A stretch of 64,000 nucleotides of DNA from Sphyrna mokarran (taxonomy: Eukaryota): contig JAGIQG010000040.1 of assembly GCA_024679065.1 (NCBI GenBank), positions 7,564,001-7,628,000 on the forward strand. Direction: 5' to 3'. Shown piece by piece: positions 51,235-62,970 of this stretch. The position numbers and the translations under genes were made by a program. Position 1 is the first letter of the stretch. Each line of letters opens with the position of its first letter. Below the pieces are notes generated by a model. That model was not told where the DNA came from and made no database searches. It saw nothing but the letters and a program-made list of their open reading frames with translations.

Positions 51235-51495
51235 CGGCACAGTGGTTAACACTGCTGCTTCACAGCGCCAGGGACTTGGGTTCGATTTCTAGTTTTGTTC
51301 ATTCTCTGTGTGGAGTTTGTTCATTCCCCCCGTGTCTGCATTGGTTACCTCCAGTTGCTCCAGTTCACCCCCGCTGATGTACTGGTTAGATGCATTGACT
51401 AGAATAAGCGGTGGAGTGTGACGAGAAGGAGAATTTCACGGTAACTTCATTGCAGTGCTAATACAAGCCTTATTTGTGACTAATAAATATACTTT
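51235..51495 (+). mobile_element. tRNA-derived SINE, second tail type
   Basis: GGCACAGTGGTTAACACTGCTGC head, GGTTCGATTT, tail TGTGACTAATAAAT. Confidence 0.8.
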
Positions 51496-51581
51496 TGAAA
51501 GACTGGAAATATTGTACCGAAACCAACTGAAATAAAACTATTGATGGCATTATAATTTGTAACTTCTTCTTCGTTTTGCAG

Positions 51582-52501
51582 TTAACATCATCGCAATTGT
51601 GACTCTGACCCGCGGAGGTTGTGGTCTCTCCAGATGTGTCACTCGGTACCTATTGTTCATGGCAGTGACGGATCTGCTGGTTATCATCACTGCCGTGATA
51701 TTGAATAGAATAGGCGGTATTTATTTCAAGAACAGCTTCCTGTCCATGACATTAGCGTGCACGATCAGCACTGTACTTATTTATTCCTCCCGAGATTCTT
51801 CCGTCTGGTTAACGGTCACTTTCACCTTTGATCGATTTGTGGCCATTTGTTGCCAGAAACTGAAAACAAAATATTGCACTGAGCAAACAGCAGCTGTGGT
51901 TATATCAACAGTCTGTATGCTCAGCTGTTTGAAAAATATCCCCTTCGGCCTCACTTATGAGCCTTTGTACATAGTCAATAATGTGGCCTGGTACTGCAAC
52001 CAGAAACCTATATTTTTTGCTTCACCTCTATGGACAGCGTTTGACTGGTTTGATAGACTTTTAACCCCATGCGTCCCGGTATTCCTCATCATATTGCTCA
52101 ATGTCCTCACTGTCAGACACATTTTAGTAGTGAGTAGAGCCCGTAAAAAGCTCCGAGGCCACAACAATGCAGAGAATCAGCAAGATCCAGAGATGGAAAA
52201 TCGAAAGAAATGCATCGTTTTACTGTTCTCGATTTCTGGTAGTTTTGTCCTTTTGTGGTTAACCTACGTCATCAATTTCTTGTCTGTTCGAATAACAAAA
52301 ACAAACTATTTCATGGGTTTCAACTTCAGTAGCCAAAAGATTATTCTGCAGGAAAGTGGAAACATGCTTCAACTACTGAGCTGTTGCACCAACACGTTTA
52401 TTTATACCGTGACTCAGAAGAAATTCAGACAGCAGTTATGGGACACTGTGAAATATCCACTGAAATTAATTCCCAAGTTCAACAGTGAAACAACCAACTG
52501 A
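51582..52501 (+). CDS. GPR139/GPR142-like class A GPCR paralog C, exon 2 (full protein 329 aa)
   Basis: Acceptor cttcttcgttttgcAG ends at 51581; (V)NIIAIVTLTRGGCGLSRC, MAVTDLL, SVWLTVTFTFDRFVAIC, WYC, SCCTNTFIY; frame open to TGA at 52501. Confidence 0.92.
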
Positions 52502-52629
52502 AATGCACAATCTCAAATAATTGCCAACCTTGTGCTCTTGCCTGTCCACTCTCCATAGCTGCCTGTTGTCACTATACTGCCCCGATTGAAGTGGTAAACT
52601 GGCCTTCATTTCCCACTGATTGGTCATTC

Positions 52630-54060
52630 GATTTGATTGAATTTATTATTGTTTCATGTATTAGTGTACACTGAAAAGTATTGTTTCTTGTGCACTATAC
52701 AAAGTATACCATGCATGAAGGAAAAAAATAGAGCGTCGATTTTGCCAGAGAAAGATGAGCGTACTGTGCGGTATGTCCATTCAAGAGTCACAATGAGAAT
52801 CTCACAATATGAAATAAATTTCAACAGGTTTATTGCACGAGCTTTTGGACCACTGGCCCTTCATCAGGTGAGCGGGAGTTTGGCTCACAAACAGAGCATA
52901 TATAGACAAAAACTCAATTACAAAATAATGTTTGGAATGCGAGTCTTTACGAGTTATCAAGTCTTTATAGATGCAGACAATGCGAGTGTAGAGAGGGCCA
53001 AGAACAGGTTAAAGAGGTGTAAATTGTCTCAAGCCAGGACAGTTAGTGAGATTTTGCACGCCCCAGGCACTTCGTGGGGTTACAAATCTTTGAAATGAAC
53101 AGAAGATCCTTATTGAGACAATCCTCATGCATGTGGAACTTGGCTATCAGTTTTTGCTCAGCGACTCTGCATTGCCATATGTCTTGAAGTCTTCAAGGCA
53201 CGACAATGTGGAAGACTTCAAGTTTTCAAGACACATGACAATGCAGAATCGCCAAGCAGAAACTGATAGCCAAGTTCCCCACAAATGACAAGGGCCTAAA
53301 CTTGGATCTTGGGTTCATGTCACACTATCCTGTAGCCCCAAGTTTTGCCTGGGCTTGCAAAATCTCACTGAGTGTCCTGGCTTGAGACAATTTAGACCTC
53401 TTTAATCTATGTTTGGTCTTCTCTCCACTGGCATTGTCTGTACCTGTAAAGACTTGATAACCTTTTAAGACTCGCATTCCAACCATAATCTTGCAATTGA
53501 GGTTTTGTCTATATACGCCCTGTTTGTGAATCCAACTATTCCCCCCCCCCGCCTTTCACTCATCTGATGAAGGGGCTGTGCTCCAAAAGACTGTGCTACA
53601 AAATAAATATCTGTTGGTCTTTAACCTGGTGTTGTGAGACTTCTTACCGTGCCTATCCCAGTCTAGCGTCAGCATCTCCATATCGTTCAATGGCCTGATG
53701 GCAGCGGGGTGATGCTGTTTTTGAGTTGGTTGGTGCGTGTCCTCATACTGTTGTATATTTTTCTCAAATGGAAGAGATTCGAACATAGTATCTCTGTGGT
53801 GCGTGGTGTCCTTGATTATGCTGGCTGCTTTTCTGAGGCAGCGGGAACTGCAGACAGTGTCAATGGATGGGAGACTTGTTTGAATGGTGGACTGTGTTTC
53901 ATTCATGATACTTCATAATTTCTTGCGGTCTTGGATAGAGCAGTAGCTATACAAACCTGTGATACAACCGGAAAGAATACTTTCTATGGTGCATCTGCGG
54001 AAGCTAGATTTGTAGTAGACATGCCAAATTTTCTCAGTCTCCTGAAAAAGTGGGGCATTT
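52630..54060 (-). mobile_element. Rex1/Babar-like LINE 3' fragment, host of the Penelope-like insert
   Basis: Tail at 52630-52790 and body at 53686-54060 homologous to 34625-35160. Confidence 0.65.
52795..53685. mobile_element. Penelope-like element fragment in inverted (palindromic) arrangement
   Basis: + strand KQKLIAKFPTNDKGLNLDLGFMSHY (about 53254-53328) and mirrored EQKLIAKFHMHEDCLNKDL on the - strand, typical of the C-terminus of GIY-YIG Penelope ORFs; hammerhead-like motifs at 52836-52870 (-) and 53561-53595 (+). Confidence 0.75.
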
Positions 54061-54271
54061 GTTGCTGTTGCTGACTCATTTAGTTAAATAAGTAAGATAA
54101 AACGATTTTTTGGGATAGCTTGGTTATTGTCATGGAAGCTATGATACTGCATCGTAGGATGGTTATGAGTTCTGACCTCACAAGGGGCTGATATTCCGTG
54201 CTGTGGGAGAGCAATATCATCAGGGGCTCCTTCTGAGATTTGAGGTCAGTGCTGACTCTCGGTTGAAAGTT

Positions 54272-54466
54272 ATGATGTTGTGATGCTGGCTTTGGACTGG
54301 GGTAAGCACAGTAAGAAGTCTTACATTTAAAAAGTCCAGCAGATTTATTTGGTAGCACAAGCTTTCAGAGCACTACCCTATTCACTTGATGAAGTGGGGA
54401 GCGCTCCAAAAGTTCGTGCTACAAAATAAATCTGTTTGACTTTAACCTGGTTTTGTGAGACTTCTT
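54272..54466. mobile_element. Penelope-like terminal-repeat remnant, inverted arrangement
   Basis: GTAAGAAGTCT...GCTTTC / TTGATGAAG...CTCCAAAAGTTCGTG...GAGACTTCTT; a similar remnant lies at 40390-40480. Confidence 0.6.
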
Positions 54467-56546
54467 GGAAGCTGTTAGTGAGGTTTTCCGAGAAGGAAAT
54501 AATTAGACTCAGGGAACCAATGTTACAGTGCAAAAGGTAAAACAAAATTAAAAACCAACGATCAATGGAAGAATTTATCTGGATAGATAGTTCTGAAATT
54601 ATCAACAGAAACAGGAAACTTATACATTTTCTTTATCAGATTTCCCGCCTTTGTTTTTTGTAGAGTTAATCTCATTTGTTACACAGTATCATTGAAAACT
54701 TTTGTCAACTACTTTCTAACTACATTGTACCTACCAAGATGATGGCATTTCATTCGTCCATAAAACCCGAATGTTAACTCCCTTCTTAGCTAAAGCTACT
54801 TCTCTGCTGCCTGGTTACAGCAGACGCGGCGTTAGGATCGAAGTGGAGGTCCTACGTGCTCACTGCCAAGCTGAACAAACATGTGTTCTTACGTCCAGGG
54901 GCCTATCTATTTTGTGCCTGTGCTGTGACTGGATCTATTCATTATGCTTCAAAATATGTTCTCTCAAAGGGATCTTTCAAATATCATTTTGCCGGCTAAT
55001 GTGGTCCTACTTCTTTATCTCTAAATTTACATCTTTTCCGTTGCACCTACAGACAACTTGCATTGGCCAAAGCTAATAATCATAGGAAAATGCTTGAAAT
55101 ACATTTAGAATACCGGCTTGCATGTTTTAATATAATCGTTACTTGTCTAATTGCCTTACTGTATTCACATATGTGTAAGCTATCCTCTTGTCTTAGAATC
55201 ATTTAACTCTTTATTGCTAGCTCTATCAGTGTCTTCATGTATTTTATCTAAAAACCAAGATAAAAGTAAAATGATTGCTTTCATGTGCGAATGACGAAGG
55301 AAAAGCAGACGAATTGGCCATCGTCATGATCAATGTTTGCACCAAGCAAATATAATTGTATAAATCTCACTCAGTATACTCGAGCAGGCACTGGAATGCG
55401 GTGATTAGGGAATTTTCATAGTAACTTCATTGCAGCATTAATATAAGCCTACCCGTAACATTAATAAATATTTCACAAAAATATCTGCTTGTTTCTTTAT
55501 TTGTTGTTTGTGGATATTTAATACGCACTTTTGCTGCTGTGTTTTTCTACATAATAACAATGATGCATTTCAACAACGTTCATAACTTACTTTGCACACA
55601 TGTCTAAGCACTCAGTCAATAAACATTATTGTTCAAAGTTTGGAATACACTCCATTATTCACTGTTTTGTAATCCCAATTCATTGTGTATTCCTACGAAC
55701 AGAGGGTTGTAATTTATCCCTCCACCACTATCAAAGATCAACGTTCTGCAAAAAAAGCAAGTAAAGTTCAGACTGATTAATACTGGGGCTAACAAAATTT
55801 TCTTTCGATAGTCAAACAAGGCTTTGTTGGAATAGGGCATGTAATGGTGCATTTTCGTTTATTCTCAGACTTTAAATCTTAAATTTTCTGCAACTAATAA
55901 GCTATCAGCGTCAAGCTGTAATATGGAATCATAAAATCCTTGCAATGTACAAGGAGGCCATATGGCTCATTGAACTGACCACAATACCACTCAAGCCAAA
56001 TTCTCATAACCCCACATTTTTGCCTTGCTCATCCCTCTGACACTAAAGGGCAATTTATTATAGCCAATCTCCCTAACTGATTCATTAGTGGTGGAGCGGT
56101 TAGCTGCCTTATAGCTACATATAGATCGCAGAGACTTACATTTTTTCCAATGTCATAAGTTGCTGTCTCCTCCAGTTGATATAATATTTGGTGAAGCATC
56201 AAGTTGGGATCTGTAAAGTATGCTTATGTCACTTCAAACTGAAAGAACTGAATTATGTAGGTGAAGTGTTTGTGACAGCATCTGATATCAAAAAAAAAGA
56301 CTTAACACAGTGCGGCTTGAAGAATGAAGGGCAGAATATAGTCCAATGGATGTTAGGCATGCATCTCTCCACTGTTGTGGAGTCACTCGCATCAAAAAGG
56401 GAAGATGTTTGACATTGGTGGCAGATCATGTAAATGTCAGGCCATTAACGCGATCTTCCACAGAGTAATGCTCAATCCATTTACAATTGTTTTACTAATG
56501 CCATTGCCAACATCATATGATGAGAAGTGCCTATGATGAGATAGCT

Positions 56547-56867
56547 CGGTGGCACGGTGGTTAACCACAGCAACCTCACAGCTCCAGGGACCTGGGTTTG
56601 ATTCCGACTTCCAGTCACTATCTCTGTGAAGTTTGCACATTCTCTCTGTGTTTGTCTACATTTCCTCTTGGTGCTCCGGTTCCTTCCCACAGTTCAAAGA
56701 TCTGCAGGTTAGATGAATTCACCATGTTAAATTGTCCCTTAGTGTCAGGAAGTCTGTCAGGGCAAATATCTGATGTTACAGACATAAGGCCTGGATGGGA
56801 CTGTTCTCAGTGTAGGCCCGATGGGCCACGTAGTCTCCTTCTGCACTGCAGGGATTCGATGATTCTA
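56547..56867 (+). mobile_element. tRNA-derived SINE, CR1-type tail
   Basis: GGTGGCACGGTGG head, core, GGGATTCGATGATTCTA tail. Confidence 0.8.
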
Positions 56868-57309
56868 ATATTCCTGGCGGCACTTGGATAGTTTTCCTTC
56901 TGTTTTATGTGCTCACGTACTTTTAATCAATAAATTAGCCAGAAAGATAAAGTAAAATAATGCAACGAAATAGCACATCTTTGTATATATGTTATGGAAT
57001 GTGTTTAGTCGCGTTTGTTTGGAAACATCAAAACTCCACCTGTTAAATTTGTGTTCAACATAAGACTTAAATTGTTCTACAGTGAAAGTTAAATGGGATT
57101 AAAGCATACATAAAACATGTTTCCGCGGAATGATTTCACAGGGTCGATGAGATCCTGGGGAACAATCCACCTATTTATGCATCCACTCTGAAGAGAATGG
57201 GGAGCTCTACCTGTAACATTGTGCAAGCAGAAAAAAAACACCCTTCCCTTCTGTCTAAAGGAAATTATCAGCCAAATATTCGGATTTCTGATTGTTACAT
57301 TATTGGGCA

Positions 57310-57612
57310 TTGCAGTCAGCACTGCTGCCTTACAGCACCAGGCACCTGGCTTCAATTCCGTCTTTAATCATTGTCTGTGTGGAGCTTGCACATTCTGTCT
57401 GTATAGGTTTCCTCCAGGTGCTCTGGCCTCCTCCTATAGTACAAGTATTGTGTCGGTTAGGTGGATTAGCCATGCTGAATTGATCCTACTGTCAGAGGGA
57501 TTAGCAAGGTAAATATGTGGGGTTACGCGAATAGGGTCTGGGTGAATGTGGTCAGACAGATGAGATGGGCCAAAAGACCTCTTTCTGCCCTGTGGGATTC
57601 TATGATTCTATA
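57310..57612 (+). mobile_element. tRNA-derived SINE, CR1-type tail
   Basis: Core GTCTGTGTGGAGCTTGCACATTCT; tail GGGATTCTATGATTCTAT. Confidence 0.8.
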
Positions 57613-58071
57613 ATTGTATGAAATAGGAGCATTCATTGATAGATGTGGATTAAGGGAGGACAGGCAGATGTCATGATTTTTCTTGCACTCATGATTTTGC
57701 AAAATAGTGCATTTAGTGAGGTTCCAGAATTATATCAATCTAAGACAGGGCAATTATTATTCAAATGTTTTAATTAATCTTTTGCTTGAATAATGAACTC
57801 AAGAACGTATTGATATTTCTTATAATATTATTTGATTCAGTAGAGCTCTAGAAATAAAGGACTAACGATGACCAGGAAACCATTGTTGTTTGTTGTAAAA
57901 AACCATCTGTTTCGTTAATTTCCTTTAGAGAAGGAAATCTGTTGTCCTTTCCTGTTCTGACCTACATGTGACTCCAGGCACACAGCAATATGATTGACCC
58001 TTAAATGCCTTCAGGGATGGGTAATACATGCTCATTCATTCCCTTGAATGAGCAAAAGCAAAACTAAATTT

Positions 58072-59892
58072 GCTGTTGGAGGGGATTCTTAGAGTTAGGA
58101 TGTATAGGCACTTAGAGCGTTGCGATCTGATTAGGGATACGCAGCATGGATTTGTTAAGGGGAGGTCGTGCCTTACAAATCTGGTAGAATTTTTTGAGGA
58201 GGTGACGAAAACGGTCGACGAAGGGCGAGCCGTTGATGTCGTCTATTATGGATTTCAGTAAGGCGTTTGACAAAATCCTGCATGGGAGGTTAGTTGAGAA
58301 GGTCAAGGCTCATGAGATACAAGGACAGGTAGCTAGATGGATAAGTAACTGGCTTAATAATAAGTGACAGAGAGTCATAGTGGAAGAGTGTTTTTCTAGC
58401 TGGAGGTCGGTCACTAGTGGTGTGCTGCAGGGCTCGGTACTGGGACCTCTTCTATTTGTAATATATATATAAATGACTTGGAAGAGGGAGTAAGTGGAGC
58501 GATTAGCAAGTTTGCGGATGATACAAAGATGGCTGGCCTTGCGGATAGTGAGGGGCATTTTCAGGTGATGCAGCAGGACATAGATAGTCTGGTAGCTTGA
58601 GCAGATAGATGGCAGATGGAATTCAATCCTGATAAATGGGAGGTGATGCATTTCGGGAGAAAGAATGTAGAGGGGAGGTATATGATAAAGGGTAGACCTA
58701 TTAAGAGTATAGAAATGCAGAGGGACCTGGGGGTGCAGGTGAACAAGTCTCTGAAGGTGGCAGAGCACGTGGAGAAGGTTGTGAAGAAAGCATATAGTAT
58801 GCTAGCCTTTATAGGAAGGGATATAGAGTACAAGAGCTGGCCTTTAATGTTGCAGTTGTATAAAACGTTGGTTAGACCTCATTTGGAATACTGCGTCCAG
58901 TTCTGGTCACCTTACTACCGGAAGGACGTGGAGACTCTGGAGAGAGTGCAGAGGAGGTTTACCAGGATGCTGCCTGGTATGGAAGGTCTGAGTTACGAGG
59001 AGAGGTTAAGCAAATTGGGACTGTTTTCCTGAGAAAGACGTAGACTTAGAGGAGATCTGATAGAGGTGTACAAGATTATGAGGGGTATAGATAGAGTAAA
59101 CAGGGTTTAGCTTTTTCCTAGGATGGACTCGAATAGCACAAGGGGTCACGGGCTTAGGGTGAGGGGGGTAAGGTATAATTTGGATGCTAGAGGGAGTTTT
59201 TTCACACAGATGGTGGTGGGGGTATGGAATGCGCTGCCAAGTAAAGTGGTGGAGGCAGGCACTCTGGAGTTATTTAAGAAATACTTAGATGGGCACATGA
59301 ACAGAATGGGAATGGAGGGGTATAGAAAACTGATTTTAAAATAGGGATCATGAGCCTTGGGAGTCCCTGGGAAGTGTGTAAATAGATGATGATATTGATG
59401 TACTTGTTTTTATCCTACAGGTGCTTTGGTCCACCTTGTTGTCTAACAAGGGGCATACACGCGATGGGTCGTGAGAGGCTGCTCTTGGATTTTTTTCGAG
59501 AGTATCCTGGTGCTTCACTTCGTTAGTATACGCTTGACTTGGACCATTTGATGGCCAACACGACAGGAGTGTGACTATCTCTGTGCTGTGCAGATACGTA
59601 GATTTGGGCCTGTGTCTGTGGGAGTTTGCGCATTCTCCCCATGCTTGCGTGGGTTTTCTCCGGGTGCTCTGGTTTCCTCCCACATCCCAAAGATGATTTG
59701 CTGATCATCAGCTTCGGCTGATTAGCAGAACAAATTCTCCGTAAATTGTCTCAACTTTGGTTCTAATGCCTAGATTTATAAACATAGACAGGGATGGCAG
59801 GGATCATGGGTAGAATTGAGAACATCGAGATGGCGGCGCGGGCTCGTTGGGCCGACAGGCCTGTTTCCGTGCTGTTCTATTCTTTGTTCTTT
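58072..59892 (+). mobile_element. CR1 family 3, RT plus long 3' UTR, disabled
   Basis: [30 protein letters not shown] with stops and frameshifts; about 550-nt UTR ending GTTCTATTCTTTGTTCTTT. Confidence 0.9.
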
Positions 59893-60589
59893 GAAGTTAT
59901 TTTCCTCACCAGTGAATCTACAGCACAGAGTCATATGAATAGAATCAGTTGTCAACAATTTAGAAACAGGATGAATAGAAATTTACTTCATTCCAATTGC
60001 TCTGTATGTTATAAATTGAATACTCAATGCTATCCAAATCCCCAGATAACATTAGAAGTGCAGCCTTTCAATATAATTAAGGCATGAGTTGATAGATCTT
60101 TGGGCGCAAAGAAAATTAAGCAAAATTGGAATAATGTGGTATGTGGAAAGATGGCAGCAGGTTAGCGACCATAGCGACCATAGCGACATTGTGGCCATGT
60201 AAAAAGTCTTCCCCCTATTCTTATCTCTTAGCCCCAGACACTATTATACCAGGCATGATGTCCGGCAAGTAATAGAAAGTCTAGATAATGTAATTGCACT
60301 GCTCCAATGGGTTTACGGCAGTTTGGCTGTCATTTTTCATATTCCGCATCGTTGTCATCAAATCTCACCATGGCTTTGTTCCCACTGTGCTTGTAACCTC
60401 TGGCAACTCCGTATTCTTCCAAAATATCGACCTTCATTACAGCCATGTGCATTGAACTCATTCCTACCGTCAGCTGAGATTTAATTTGCCTGGATCTGGG
60501 TCGGCTTGGATCAGTGTCTGTGTGCAGTCTGCACTTTGCCCCTAGTCTGCATGATTTTCGTTTCGTCTCGCAGTCCCCCAGTGTACCCT

Positions 60590-62970
60590 TGGAGCAGCAC
60601 GGAGAGGCAGCGATTTGGGAAAGTGTGAAGTTCGAGTGTTAAGTACTTTTTTAACTTTTCTCTTTGTTTAAAATAGCGAGCTTGGGTAGTTTTTGCCGTT
60701 TTTATTTAAACGAACTGGAAACCGGAAATCGTCATTAGGAGGCTGCCGGTAGTTGTAGTTTTCTCTGTCTCTATAAATTGGTCCAGAGAGGAAACCCGAT
60801 ACTCTACACAGGTAGAGTATCCCACCCTCCCCCCTCCTCTAACCTAATAATAAAAGCGTGTGGGAAGTTTGTTTTCTCTCTCTCCTTAAAGTAAATTAAA
60901 GTATCAGGGATGGCAGTGCAGGCAGTCTGTTGCAACTCCTGTAGTATGTACGAGGTGAGGGACACCAGTAGTGTTCCTGCTGATTATACCTGCAGGAAGT
61001 GTGCACATCTGCAGCTCCTTGAGGATCGTGTTAAGGAGCTGGAGCTGGAATTAGAGAAACTCAGGATAATCCGAGAGGTTGAGGAGGATATTGGCAGGAG
61101 TGACAAGGAGATAGTCACTCCTAAAAGTGATTCTTGGGTAACTATTCGGAGGAGGGGTAAGAAGCAATCGGGTAGACAATCCACTGGGGCTGTTCCCCTC
61201 CAAAACAAATTTTCTGTCTTGGAGGCTACAGTTGAGGAAGAATCAACTGGTGATGACCAAAGGGAGTAGGTCTCTGGGGGTGAGCCTGCTGAGAATGCTC
61301 AGGTGGGTAGGGGGAATAGGAGATTGGGCCTAGTGATTGGGGACTCCATAGTTAGAGGGACAGATAGGAGAGTAAATAGTAATAAAAGTGAATCAGGGCT
61401 GGTGTGTTGCCTCCCAGGGGCTGGGGTCCAAGATGTCGCAGATCGGGTTTTTAAGATTCTTAAGGGAGAGGGGAGTCAACCCCAGCTCATAGTTCATGTG
61501 GGGACACATGATCTAGGAGGGACGAGGGAGGGGGATATTAAGCAGAAATTTATGGAGTTGGGGTGGAAGCTTAAGGCAAAAACTGGCAGAGTGGTTATCT
61601 CTGGACTCTTGCCTGTGCCAAGGGATAGTTTAGGGAATAATAGAGAGAGGGAATGTTTGAACTCGTGTCTGCGGGGATGGTGCAGGAGGGAGGGGTTCAG
61701 GTTCCTGAACAATTGGGACTCATTCTGGGATAGGTGGGACCTCTACAAGAGAGATGGTCTACACCTGAACCAGAGGGGAACTAATATCTTGGGGGGGAAA
61801 TTTGCTAAGGCTATGTAGGAGGCTTTAAACTGATTCGGGGAGGGGGGTGGGATGCTAAGTAGTTGGGGTGCTAAGAGGGATGAGAGTAAGGGGGTCATAG
61901 AGGAAAGCTGTAAAACACAGCAGCGTACGGGTGGGGTAGGGCATGGTTTGAAATGCGTATACTTTAATGCAAGGAGTATTCGCAATAAGGGGGAGGAATT
62001 TGCAGCTTGGACCAGTACCTGGAACTTCGATGTTGTGGCCATTTCAGAGACTTGGGTAGAGCAGAGACAAGAATGGATGTTGCAGGTTCTGGGGTTCAAA
62101 TGCTTCAGTCGGAGTAGAGAAGGAGGTAGAAGTGGGGGAGGAGTGGCATTATTAGTCAAAGACTGTATCACAGTGACAGAAAGGAAGTTTGATGAGGACT
62201 TGTCTGTTGAGGTAGTATGGCTGAGATTAGAAACAGGAGAGGAGAGGTCACCCTGTTGGGAGTCTTTTATAGACCTCCTAAAAGTTCCAGAGAGGTTGAG
62301 GAAAGGATTGCCAAGTCAATTCTGGTCAGGAGTGAAAGTAATAGGGTAATTGTTATGGGGGACTTTAACTTTACTAATATTGATTGGAATAGCTATAGCT
62401 CTAGCTCGTTAGAGGGGTCAGTTTTCGTAAAAAAGTGTGCCAGGAAGGTTTCTTGACTCAGTATGTAGATAGGCCAACTAGAGGTGAGGCTACATTGGAT
62501 TTGGTGCTGGGCAATGAGCCAGACCAGGTGTTAGGCTTGGAAGTTAGTGAACATTTTGGTGATAATGACCATAATTCAGTTACGTTCACCTTAGTGATGG
62601 ATAGGGGTAGGCATGAAGCTGGGGGCAGTAGTTATAGCTGGGGGAAGGGTAATTATGAGGCCATCAGGAGAGAATTAGGGTGCATAGATTGGACTAGGAA
62701 CTACAGGGACTGGGAACATCTGGAATGTGGAGCTTATTCAAGGAGCAGCTGCTGCGAGTCCTTGATAAGTATGTCCCTGTCAGGCAAGGAGGAAATGGTC
62801 GAGTAAGAGAACCTTGGTGTACAAAAAAAAGTTGATTTGCTGGTTAAAAGGAAAAAGGAGGCTTATGTCAGGATGAGGCTTGAAGGCTCGGTTAGTGCAA
62901 TGGATAGCTATAGATTAGTCAGGAGGGAGCTAAAGAGTGAGTTGAGGAGAGCTAAGAGAGGACACGAGAA
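60590..62970 (+). mobile_element. CR1 family 2 5' portion: 5' UTR, ORF1 and ORF2 endonuclease
   Basis: ORF1 60910-61833 with in-frame TAGs at 61267 and 61816: CxxC..CxxC, coiled coil LEDRVKELELELEKLR, SGNH esterase motifs GDS, HVGTHD, DGLHLN; ORF2 from about 61852, frameshifted; 5' boundary approximate. Confidence 0.9.

Noticed and set aside
55655-55760. Strong minus-strand splice acceptor (ttgctttttttgcAG) followed by a short open frame
   Set aside because: No recognisable protein similarity and no partner exon identified in the window.
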